From the NCBI GenBank assembly GCA_052168235.1, contig JBQLZK010000013.1:32001-96000 (forward strand): DNA of 64,000 nucleotides. Reading direction: 5' to 3'. The stretch's first letter is position 1, and each line of letters begins with the position of its first letter. The DNA comes from Thainema sp. GTDB lineage: Bacteria > Cyanobacteriota > Cyanobacteriia > Phormidesmidales > Phormidesmidaceae. Shown here in pieces: positions 9,275-18,500 of this stretch. The translations under genes and the position numbers were made by a program. Under the pieces are notes generated by a model. That model had not been told where the DNA came from, ran no database searches, and saw nothing but the letters and a program-made list of their open reading frames with translations.

Positions 9275-9757
9275 CTATTGTTGATCTCGGCTTTCTGGCT
9301 GGAACAGGCCGCCCGGTCGTCCTTCTCGGAACCGCCCCCGTTCTGAACGAGCGGTTTCAATGTGCTCGCGCTGTTCGGCGGTGAATACATTTTGAGCTGC
9401 ATCATGGCTGGCTGCCCAGATCGCCCGCAGCTGTTCGCGCTGTTCATTGCTGAGATCCAAGTCCCGCATCGCGCGAGGTAAGGGTTCACCCGCTTCTAGC
9501 GCGGCTTCTAACTCAGTCCGCTGCGTTTCTGTCAGGACATTCAGCATTTGAGTTTGGGCATCATTGCGAATCACTTGTAGCTGTTCCTGCTGAACCTCGG
9601 TTAGGTCAAGCTGCTCCAGCACCCGACCTGGCCCTCCACCCCATCGTCCACCGTCTCTCATCCCGTCTCTCATTTGAGCCTGAACGGGACTGAGCGAATA
9701 TACAGCCGCTGCGATCGCAACTAATCCGGCGGCCCCTGCAAACCATTGAATTTTCAT
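9275..9757 (-). CDS. Spy/CpxP family periplasmic protein
   Basis: Signal peptide and LTxxQ repeats (LDLTEVQ, VLTETQR, LDLSNEQR, VFTAEQR). Confidence 0.85.
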   Translation of the reverse strand: MKIQWFAGAAGLVAIAAAVYSLSPVQAQMRDGMRDGGRWGGGPGRVLEQLDLTEVQQEQLQVIRNDAQTQMLNVLTETQRTELEAALEAGEPLPRAMRDLDLSNEQREQLRAIWAASHDAAQNVFTAEQREHIETARSERGRFREGRPGGLFQPESRDQQ

Positions 9758-10032
9758 CGTGATTCCTCAAAAGTGATCGTTTCGGTACACGTTGTCGCTA
9801 GATGTGTCGTCGCCAGATATATATCCGTCGCCACTTTGGTTGAGACATTTACGAAATCCAACGTTTAAAGCGTTTGAATAAAGCGTTTGAACGTTTTCAG
9901 AGTTTCCCAACGTCCTAACTACTGTGACTATGGCTACTGTGACTACGGCTATCTACAACGCGCCTGTGTCTCATTTGATTCCATCGTAGACAGCGCAAAA
10001 TTGAACCACCTGAAGCGGAAGTCACGATATTG

Positions 10033-10052
10033 ACCATGACTTTGGTCATGGT
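10033..10052. promoter_or_regulatory. Palindromic operator-like site ACCATGAC-N4-GTCATGGT upstream of the spy-coq4 pair
   Basis: Perfect 8-bp inverted repeat with a 4-nt spacer, about 275 bp upstream of the Spy/CpxP start. Confidence 0.5.
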
Positions 10053-10054
10053 TA

Positions 10055-10246
10055 TATAAAGTCCGGTTGAAAACCCATAATTTATTAGACTTTATTGGAA
10101 ATAAAGTTTTTGGGGTTGGAAATTGTTTTGTAGCGCGGCTCCGCCGCGCTACAAAACAATTTCCGATAAGGTTTATTGTTTGTGAAACGCTTGCGGAGCA
10201 AGCGTTTCACAAACAATAAATTGGGTTCTTATACGTGGACTTGATA
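10055..10246. mobile_element. Outer MITE-like element (TATAAAGTCC...GGACTTGATA) containing a long GC-GGA-GC palindrome, interrupted by family B copy 1
   Basis: Ends match 9/10 as inverted repeats with TA termini; removing the insert restores the palindrome aatttattgtttgtgaaacgcttgc-gga-gcaagcgtttcacaaacaataaatt. Confidence 0.65.
10087..10174. mobile_element. MITE family B copy 1 (88 bp, TIR AGACTTTAT(T/C)GGAAAT, 3-bp TSD ATT)
   Basis: Near-identical to the reverse complement of 33674-33761; att at 10084-10086 and 10175-10177. Confidence 0.85.
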
Positions 10247-10254
10247 TTATCAGG

Positions 10255-10653
10255 TCAATCCGGATCACAGATGGCGTCCGCCTCAACTTCAATCAGCATA
10301 TCGGGATCAATCAGTGCCGCAACCTCCACCATTGAAGTGACAGGTGGATGCCCCACAAACGCCTCATGATGAGCCTTGGCGTACTCCTGCCAGCGGCTAA
10401 TATCCGTCACATACATCCGCGTCCGCACCACATCCTCCAAACTGCCGCCAAGCTGGTGTAACGCCTGCCCAATTAACTCAAAACAGCGCTGCGCCTGAGC
10501 ATAGGCATCATTTGGCGCATAGGTATTGCCTTGCTCATCCACTGGTGATGTACCTGAAACAAAAATTTGATTGTTGACCCGAATCGCTCGCGAATAAGCC
10601 ACAACGGCTTCCCAATGTGTACCGGATGAAATGCGCTGACGCGAAATACCCAT
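10255..10653 (-). CDS. RidA/YjgF/UK114 family protein
   Basis: WEAVVAYSRAIRV...FVSGT...DVVRTRMYVTDI...LIEVEADA. Confidence 0.92.
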   Translation of the reverse strand: MGISRQRISSGTHWEAVVAYSRAIRVNNQIFVSGTSPVDEQGNTYAPNDAYAQAQRCFELIGQALHQLGGSLEDVVRTRMYVTDISRWQEYAKAHHEAFVGHPPVTSMVEVAALIDPDMLIEVEADAICDPD

Positions 10654-10725
10654 GCTATGACTCCTCTGGCTGAAGAACGGAACGTATCGAAATAAAATCT
10701 CTACTTGGCACTCAATACTGGATCT

Positions 10726-11370
10726 TCAATCCTTCCCTTTCGTCAAAATCGTTAGCGCCACTGGCCCTAGCAGATAGTAATGTTCAGCCTGGGCAAATCC
10801 AGCCGTTGTTCCCATTCGTTCCCGCTCATCCAAGCTGTAGAGCCAAATACCATCAGGACTAAGCGTCAGCGTCAGCTTGCCTGAAAACGTTTTCCACGGT
10901 GTAAAGTCTGCCCAATAAAAGCTCGCTCCGGGTTTCAGCACTCGCTGGACTTCGGCTAAAACGGCGGCTGGATTGGGATAGTGAAGCAAGCTGATACTGC
11001 AAAAAACGGCGTCGAACTGCGGCTTGGCAAAGGGCAAAGCATCAGAGCGGCCTTCCACATAGGTCAATCGCTCCGGCGCAGCCGATTTTTGCCGTGCTTG
11101 TCGAATCATCTCTGCCGAAAAGTCCAGGCCAGTACCGATCAACGTCGGATCATGCTGCGCTAGACGGTTCAGCAGCTTACCTGTTCCACAGCCTAAATCC
11201 AGAATCTGCGCGGCTGGCGGCAGTTGAACATATTCCAGCATCCGCAGGTGAATTGCCTGATAAACCACCGACGGAAACAACAGGTCATACTGGGGTGCCC
11301 AGCGGTCAAATAGCTGGACTTTGCTGAGCAGTCGATTGCGATCGCACATCATCCCTCTTCTCCAACCCAT
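10726..11370 (-). CDS. Class I SAM-dependent methyltransferase
   Basis: ILDLGCGTG motif I, GLDFSAEM, LPF...FDAV, EVQRVLKPG; the true start may be ~11352. Confidence 0.9.
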   Translation of the reverse strand: MGWRRGMMCDRNRLLSKVQLFDRWAPQYDLLFPSVVYQAIHLRMLEYVQLPPAAQILDLGCGTGKLLNRLAQHDPTLIGTGLDFSAEMIRQARQKSAAPERLTYVEGRSDALPFAKPQFDAVFCSISLLHYPNPAAVLAEVQRVLKPGASFYWADFTPWKTFSGKLTLTLSPDGIWLYSLDERERMGTTAGFAQAEHYYLLGPVALTILTKGKD

Positions 11371-11639
11371 TCCACTTCATTTCAGTGTAGGGCCGATTGC
11401 AAAATCCGAAGTTAAGGACTTTAAATCCGACGTTAATTGCGATCGCAGTCTTCGTTGTTTAAATTCAATCCCAACGGGTTTACCGCAATCTCCCGCCCCA
11501 TAAGACTTTAGCGGTGTTCGGCACAGCACCTCACTAACTTCTGCTTAAGTCCGCAAAGATCGGTGGTAGAAACCCTACGATCTTGGGAAACTAAATTCAA
11601 CAAGCAAACGAAAGCCCCCATTCAAACGGAGTTCCTGTC

Positions 11640-11822
11640 ATGTCTCTCTCTTATCGCGGTGTTACCTATAACCCCAAGCAAAACGCAGTCATCGCTTCTG
11701 AAACTGAACAAACGGGTGTCTTCCTCGGTTCCCGCTACACCATGAAGCGCTTCAACTTTGCTGAGCGTTATCCATCCGGTTCCGCTCAGCTCAGCTACCG
11801 CGGCGTATCTTACACCCGATAA
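11640..11822 (+). CDS. DUF4278 family small protein
   Basis: MSLSYRGVTY...LSYRGVSY duplicated YRG motifs; ggag RBS upstream. Confidence 0.85.
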   Translation: MSLSYRGVTYNPKQNAVIASETEQTGVFLGSRYTMKRFNFAERYPSGSAQLSYRGVSYTR

Positions 11823-11929
11823 GGAATGCGATCGCAGAAGGCATCATCCACCCCTTACCTTCTGCTGCGGGTCCTCCCAAGTTTCCTAACCCCAACAAAC
11901 CAGCCCCCAGAAATCCCTAAACTCTAAGA

Positions 11930-11979
11930 TTGTCAGCCAGTCTCACTGTTTCTAATTACGTCTTGTCAGCCAGTCTCAC
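11930..11979 (+). repeat. 17-bp perfect direct repeat, 2 copies
   Basis: ttgtcagccagtctcac at 11930-11946 and 11963-11979. Confidence 0.85.
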
Positions 11980-12137
11980 CGCTCCTGAAATTGTCGATCC
12001 TAGCAGAACCACTCAGTCCTACCAGCCCATGTCTCACCACCTTGTCTCCCACCAGCTTGTTAATACACTCACAAAGTCATAGTAAAAATATTTCGATTTC
12101 CCTCCTGACCCCACCCTAATTGCAAAAGCACGATGCT

Positions 12138-12182
12138 ACGCATGAGCGATTGAACACAACAATCGTTCATGCGTTTTTCTTT
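12138..12182 (+). terminator. Rho-independent terminator-like hairpin
   Basis: acgcatgagcgattg-aacacaa-caatcgttcatgcgt followed by a T run. Confidence 0.65.
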
Positions 12183-12193
12183 GGCATACATAC

Positions 12194-13243
12194 CTAACTG
12201 AACTCATCACTTATTTCAGCAGCCGGTTGATTCTGGGCTGAAATGGCTAAATAGATCCCTGCGAGCACCACACAGAACGCTAGACCATTGGCCAACGTGA
12301 GCGGCTGCCCAAACAAAATCATGGCCAGTACGGCAGCAATGGCCGGAATACTCAGCATTGATACCGAAACCAGGCTGGACGAGAGGGTTTTGAGGCTGTG
12401 CGTCAGCAGTCCGTGCCCCATGACCTGAGAAATCAGCGCCAGTGCCAGGACAGCGAAACCAGCATTCCAGGACGTGGGCCAGAGTGAGTCGCCGTGCCAG
12501 AGCATCACGGGCACGAGGATGGCGCAGCCGATCAAGCCCGTATTTGTCATGATCAGGGTCGTGGGCAACTGCTGCCGCAAGTGTTCAATACTCAACAGAA
12601 AGACCGCCAGTAAAACTGCCGCTAGTAGCGCCGCTGCGTCCCCAGCCATTTGAGCCGCATCTACGTGTAAATCATTCAGACCAATCGCAATCACTCCAGC
12701 AGTGGCAACCATCAATCCAATCACAAAGCGCAGCCGAAAGCATCGGCCTAGCACCAGCCAAGCACCCAAGGTAGTGAAAATGGGCATCAGGTTATTCAAC
12801 AGAGCCGAATTGGCCACGCTCGTTTGCGTCAGCGACCAGCTCGAACACACTTGCGACGCAGCCAAGCTGATGCCAGCCAGTGCAAGGATCGCAATGTTGA
12901 GTATTGATTGTGAAACTGGTGCGGCTTCAGATTCAGATGCCGTCAGAGCGCGATCGCGATCCAGCGCAGGCTGCGGCAGCAACTTTGACCAGCAGCTAAA
13001 TGCGATCGCAGCAATCAGGAGCCGATTCAAGACAATCGTACTGGGATTGAGATCTTGTTCGGCGATGACGATGAAAATTGAGGCGCAGGACAAACCCAAC
13101 AGCGCTGCTATCAGCGTTAAGATCGCTCCTCCAGCAGACCAGGACTGGAGCGTTTCCACCACGGCTCGATAGCCAACTCCAATTGGGTTTACCTGGAATG
13201 AGCGAAGCTTGATGCCGCGCGAGAACACAGAAGCAAAAGTCAT
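12194..13243 (-). CDS. DMT/EamA family transporter
   Basis: About 10 TM helices; SWSLTQTSVANSALLNNLMPIFT and ISQVMGH motifs; AAGGAG 8 nt before ATG 13243. Confidence 0.88.
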   Translation of the reverse strand: MTFASVFSRGIKLRSFQVNPIGVGYRAVVETLQSWSAGGAILTLIAALLGLSCASIFIVIAEQDLNPSTIVLNRLLIAAIAFSCWSKLLPQPALDRDRALTASESEAAPVSQSILNIAILALAGISLAASQVCSSWSLTQTSVANSALLNNLMPIFTTLGAWLVLGRCFRLRFVIGLMVATAGVIAIGLNDLHVDAAQMAGDAAALLAAVLLAVFLLSIEHLRQQLPTTLIMTNTGLIGCAILVPVMLWHGDSLWPTSWNAGFAVLALALISQVMGHGLLTHSLKTLSSSLVSVSMLSIPAIAAVLAMILFGQPLTLANGLAFCVVLAGIYLAISAQNQPAAEISDEFS

Positions 13244-13286
13244 CAACGACACTCCTTGAATTATTCAGTTGTACAAACAGCTTTCT

Positions 13287-13312
13287 CTGTATACAAAATA
13301 CTGTATACAAAA
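13287..13312. promoter_or_regulatory. Tandem TGTATACA palindromes upstream of the EamA gene (GntR-like operator candidate)
   Basis: ctgtatacaaaa at 13287-13298 and 13301-13312. Confidence 0.5.
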
Positions 13313-13416
13313 CCAGCCAATTAAAGCAATGTCACGCAGCCTGCATGTCATGAATTGTTCACTATAAACAGTTTACGGGTTCAGTTTACAGATGAACAAA
13401 GCCGTTTCTGGTAAGT

Positions 13417-14475
13417 CTATACAACCTGTCGCTGGCGTAGATTCACTAACTCAGCAGGCGCGATCGCACCATGCTCGGTGATGATGGCGGTAATCAGATC
13501 CGCTGGGGTGACATCAAAGGCGGGGTTGAAGAACTCAGCTCCGGCGGGGCAGAGGATCGTGTCGCCAACCTGGTAGATCTCTGACGGATCGCGCTCTTCA
13601 ATGGGGATTTGGCTGCCGTCCGTCAGCTTGAAGTCCACCGTTGATAATGGAGCCGCGACAAAGAAGGGAATGTTGTGCGCTTGAGCTGCGATCGCAACAC
13701 TATAAGTACCGATCTTATTCGCCGCGTCGCCATTGGCGGCAATCCGGTCAGCACCGACGACGACAGCATGAATCAGGCCCAGTTTCATACAGTAAGCCGC
13801 CATGTTGTCGGTAATCACGGTGACGGGAATATTTTCTTCGACGCATTCCCAGGCCGTGAGCTTGGCTCCCTGCAAACGAGGCCGAGTTTCGTCAGCGTAC
13901 ACCCGCTCCAGACGACCTGCACTCCAGGCTGAACGGACAACACCTAGCGCCGTACCGTAACCTGCGGTGGCCAATGCGCCTGCGTTGCAGTGGGTCAAAA
14001 TCGTCAGCTTTTCAGGACTAGACGGTAACGCTGCCAAACCGTGATCACCAATGGCGCGGCAGGTTTCTAAGTCTTCCTGATTAATAGCCCGTGCCGTTTC
14101 AAACAAAACGTCCCGCATATGCGACACGGAACCTGATGTTTTCTTGACCACCTGCATCATCCGCTCAATCGCCCAGAACAGATTGACGGCAGTGGGACGA
14201 GTCGCCTTGAGCTTTTCGGCAATGGCTTCCAGACGTTCCAAAAACGCACCGCGATCGCCTGTGTTAATCTCTCTCGCTCCCAGATATAGCCCGTATGCGG
14301 CTGCGACTCCAATCGCCGGAGCACCACGCACAATCATGGTTTTGATCGCCATCGCCATGTCGTCTGAGCGGCGAATTTCGACCACCGTGAGCTGACCAGG
14401 CAGCTTCGTTTGATCGATTAAGCGAACGTGATCGTTTTGCCAAACAACGGGATACACCGGGAAATTTAATGACAT
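13417..14475 (-). CDS. mtnA: S-methyl-5-thioribose-1-phosphate isomerase
   Basis: [62 protein letters not shown]. Confidence 0.97.
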   Translation of the reverse strand: MSLNFPVYPVVWQNDHVRLIDQTKLPGQLTVVEIRRSDDMAMAIKTMIVRGAPAIGVAAAYGLYLGAREINTGDRGAFLERLEAIAEKLKATRPTAVNLFWAIERMMQVVKKTSGSVSHMRDVLFETARAINQEDLETCRAIGDHGLAALPSSPEKLTILTHCNAGALATAGYGTALGVVRSAWSAGRLERVYADETRPRLQGAKLTAWECVEENIPVTVITDNMAAYCMKLGLIHAVVVGADRIAANGDAANKIGTYSVAIAAQAHNIPFFVAAPLSTVDFKLTDGSQIPIEERDPSEIYQVGDTILCPAGAEFFNPAFDVTPADLITAIITEHGAIAPAELVNLRQRQVV

Positions 14476-14620
14476 GGATTACAGGAAATGAAATGGCATA
14501 AGCACCCATCATTTTATAGTGCTTACTGTGCGATTAGTGCGATTAGATCGCACCCTACGTCTGACTCCCTCGATTTCCTTTACAGCCCTCTACAGCCTTT
14601 ACAGCCTCTACAACACTTTC

Positions 14621-14899
14621 CTACGTCCTCGCCTTCCGCAACTGATAGCGAATCTTCAGCACCAAAATCATAAACGCAAACAGAAACGTCATTACATTCG
14701 CGCAAATGACTGGAATATCGTGATTGTAGGAGCCATAAGCCAGCCAAAGCAGGATACCGAGGCAAAGCGTGATTAACATGCCCCAGGAGATATCGTCAGC
14801 AGACTTAGACTGCCAGGTTTTGATCAGTTGGGGAAGATAAGCAACTGTTGTTAAAGCACCTGCGGTCAGTCCCAAAACAGTCGTAAATTCCATTGGCAT
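14621..14899 (-). CDS. SemiSWEET (PQ-loop) transporter
   Basis: 3 TM helices; LGLTAGALTTVAYLPQLIKTWQSKSADDIS...WLAYG...N. Confidence 0.92.
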   Translation of the reverse strand: MPMEFTTVLGLTAGALTTVAYLPQLIKTWQSKSADDISWGMLITLCLGILLWLAYGSYNHDIPVICANVMTFLFAFMILVLKIRYQLRKART

Positions 14900-14934
14900 T
14901 TCACCTCAATGATTCGTTGCCAAGTCGTTTACAC

Positions 14935-15048
14935 AAAAAAAGAGCAGTTCCGAAAATGTCGGAATCACTCATGCAGTACCGCTTTTGCGCGGAGGGGCGT
15001 GACCGCTATGGGAAAGCGAATGTCACGACAATTAAAAGTCTCAGACGC
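14935..15048 (-). ncRNA. Candidate structured sRNA or leader RNA ending in an intrinsic terminator
   Basis: Minus strand: CGUGAC..CGCU..AGCG.GUCACG hairpin, CCGC-GCAAAA-GCGG hairpin, then GAGUGAUUCCGA-CAUUU-UCGGAACUGCUC-U7; 5' end inferred from a TATGTT -10-like hexamer. Confidence 0.5.
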
Positions 15049-15319
15049 TAAATTAACATAAACTTTCTCAAAATAAGTTCACTTAATGCCGAATTTACTT
15101 TGAGATTTACAATCAATGGTAATTAAATCGTAAAGCTGCGTAAATCAGTCTGGAGTATTAGGTTATTCAAAGGCCGACAGCAGTGGCATCCGTAGGAACT
15201 GGCAAACCAAACGGTACACAATGAAAAATGTGGTGATCAGCGCCACAATTAGAGAGAACGCTATTCGAATTTTCATCTTGTACTAAAAGCCCGGATAATT
15301 TTGCTGCCGCAACGCGGCA

Positions 15320-15459
15320 GTATTTGTTTAGCGCGACACTCTGCATAGATCCCCCTAAATCCCCCTTAAAAAGGGGGAACTTTGAGCCAGAGTTGGAATA
15401 GCCCCTTTTTTAAGGGGGCGGCGACAGCGGGGGATCATGCGGCTACGCTGAATAAGTAC
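15320..15459. mobile_element. MITE family C copy 1 (140 bp, TIR ~GTACTTRYTCAGCG, 8-bp TSD ACGCGGCA)
   Basis: acgcggca at 15312-15319 and 15460-15467; homologous to 34934-35090; internal gatcccc...ggggatc palindromic repeat. Confidence 0.88.
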
Positions 15460-15521
15460 ACGCGGCAGCAAAATTATCTCTTCGGGTTCTGGAAACGCTC
15501 TAGGCAGACATCAGGATCACC

Positions 15522-18500
15522 ATGAAACGGATTGTCTTAATTACTGGATTTGAATCGTTTAATTCGGGGTTATATCGGCAAGCTGCCGAGATGGCGCAGC
15601 AGCGCAGCCCAGATTTGGAGATTCAGGTCTTTAGCGATCGCAACTTGACCAGCCATGCCGACCAGATTGGGACAGCGTTGGCACAGGCGGATGTGCTGTT
15701 CGCCAGTCTGCTGTTTGATTATGACCAGGTGATGTGGCTGCGGCAGCGGGCGGAGCGTATTCCCGTGCGGCTGGTGTTTGAGTCGGCTTTGGAACTGATG
15801 AGTTTGACCCAGTTGGGCAAGTTTTCGATTGGCGATCAGCCCAAAGGGATGCCGAAACCTGTCAAGTTTATTTTGAGTAAGTTCGGCAGCGGCAAGGAAG
15901 AAGATAAGCTGGCGGGCTATCTCAGCTTTTTAAAAGTTGGCCCCAAGCTTCTGAAGTATATTCCAGCCCGTAAGGTGCAGGATCTGCGCAACTGGCTGAT
16001 TATCTACGGCTACTGGAATGCAGGCGGCGTGGATAATGTGACCACCATGTTTGGCGTGATTGCCGAGCGGTATTTGGGCATTTCGGTTGGTGAACTGCCG
16101 CCGCCGATTGAAACGCCCAATATGGGGCTGCTGCATCCCGACTATGTAGGCTACTTTGAGTCGCCGCGCGCTTATCTGGATTGGTATCGGCAAACGGTGC
16201 TGCCAACGTTAGATCATTCACAGACAGTCGCTACTCGACCTGTGGTTGGGATACTGCTCTACCGCAAACATGTGATCACCAAGCAGCCCTACATTCCCCA
16301 GCTGATTCGCTACGTTGAGCAAGCGGGCTTGACGCCGCTGCCGATTTTTATTAATGGCGTGGAAGGACACGTGGCGGTGCGCGACTGGATGACCACGACC
16401 TATGAGCAAGAGCAGCGGCAGCAGGGCCATATGGCCATTCCGTCACTCTCAAAAGATGCGGTTCAAGTAGATGCGATCGCATCTACCATTGGTTTCCCAT
16501 TGGTCGGTGGCCCAGCCGGATCGATGGAGGCGGGGCGGCAGGTGGAAGTGGCAACCCGCATTCTCAGCGCCAAGAATATTCCGTATCTAATTGCGGCACC
16601 GCTGCTGATTCAGGATATTCACTCCTGGACGCGGCAGGGAATCGGCGGCTTGCAGAGCGTGGTGCTGTATGCTCTGCCGGAGCTGGATGGCGCGATTGAT
16701 ACGATTCCGCTGGGTGGACTGGTGGGCGACCAGATTTACCTGATCCCGGAGCGGGTGAAGCGGCTGACTGGACGACTGAAAAACTGGATTCAACTGCGGC
16801 AAACGCCGCCAGCCGAACGGAAAATTGCAATTTTGCTCTATGGTTTCCCACCGGGATACGGCGCGGTCGGCACAGCAGCGTTGCTGAATGTGCCCCAGTC
16901 GTTAATCAAGCTGCTCCAGGAACTGCGATCGCAGGGTTACGATCTGGGCAATCCAGACGACTGGCCGACCGATGGGGAAACGCTGATTCAGCAGGTGCAA
17001 TCTGCCGATGAAGCCTATGCCGGACAGATGCCCGTCGAGAGCTTTGAGGAAACTGCGATCGCAAAAGTGCCCGCCCACAAGCTGGAACATTGGTTGGGTT
17101 ACGTGCTCAGAACGCGGGTGGAGCGCCAGTGGAAATCGCTGACCGAAAGCGGCATTAAGACGATTGGCGACCAGCTTTTGCTGGGCGGGGTGCAGCTAGG
17201 CAATGTGTGGATTGGCGTGCAGCCACCGCTGGGCATTCTGGGCGACCCCATGCGGCTGATGTTTGAACGAGATATGACGCCGCATCCCCAGTATGTGGCG
17301 TTTTATCAATGGCTCCAGCGAGAGTTTCAGGCCGATGCGCTGATTCACTTTGGTATGCACGGCACGGTGGAGTGGCTGCCGGGTGCGCCGCTGGGCAACA
17401 CGGGCTACTCTTGGCCGGACATTCTGCTGGGCGACCTGCCAAATCTCTATATCTATGCCGCCAATAATCCCTCGGAGTCGATTTTGGCCAAGCGGCGCGG
17501 CTACGGCGTGATGATTTCCCACAACGTGCCCCCCTATGGTCGGGCAGGACTGTATAAGGATCTGGTGGCGCTGCGGGAGCTAATTCAGGAGTATCGCGAA
17601 GATCCTGCCAAGAATACGGTGCTGAAGGAAGGCATCATCAAGAAAATTGCCGATACCGGGCTGGAAAAAGACTGTCCCTTTGCGGCGGCGCGGCAGTTTG
17701 GCATTGAGGTGATTCCCGAAAACGCCAAGCTGTTTAGCCAAGATGTGTTCAGCGGCTATCTAACCAAGCTGTATGAGTACTTGCAGGTGCTGGAAACGCG
17801 GCTGTTCTCGTCAGGGTTACACGTACTTGGAAAAGTTCCGACGGCAGACGAACTCGCCAGCTACCTCTCGGCCTACTTTGGCGATCAGCTAGACGCTGCG
17901 CTCGTGAACGAAATCAGTCAGACTTGGAGCGATCCCGACCAGACCGTCGATATCCCAGCGCTAACAATGCGATTTCCGGCTCAGGCAGAGCCAATTCAAA
18001 CGGCGGTAGAAATCTGCGATCGCATTTCGCAAACGACCGATGAGTTAACCAATCTGCTGCGGGGACTCAACGGCGAGTACGTGCCCCCCGCGCCCGGTGG
18101 CGATCTGCTGCGGGACGGTGTGGGCGCATTGCCGACCGGACGCAATATCCATGCGCTTGATCCCTATCGGATGCCATCGCCTGCGGCCTATGAGCGGGGA
18201 CGTGCGATCGCGCGTCAAATCATCCAGCAGCACTTGGATGAGCAAGGTACGTATCCGGAAACAGTGGCCGTCATGCTCTGGGGTCTGGATGCGATTAAAA
18301 CGAAAGGCGAATCGCTGGGCATTTTGCTGGAGCTAGTCGGGGCAGAACCGATCAAAGAAGGGACGGGTCGCATCGTCCGCTACGAGTTGCAGCCGCTGGA
18401 TCAACTGGGTCGGCCTCGGATTGACGTGCTGGGCAACCTGTCGGGCATCTTCCGCGATAGCTTTGTCAATATTATTGAGCTACTGGACGATCTGTTCCGT

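Noticed and set aside
11500..11640. Glutamine riboswitch (glnA or downstream-peptide motif)
   Set aside because: The expected conserved segments were not recognisable by eye; kept only as an unassigned structured leader
13289..13301. NtcA box
   Set aside because: Spacing is GTA-N7-TAC, not N8
14580..14615. tacagcc(c)t short tandem repeat between SemiSWEET and mtnA
   Set aside because: Three to four degenerate ~10-bp units with no spacers; a simple slippage repeat
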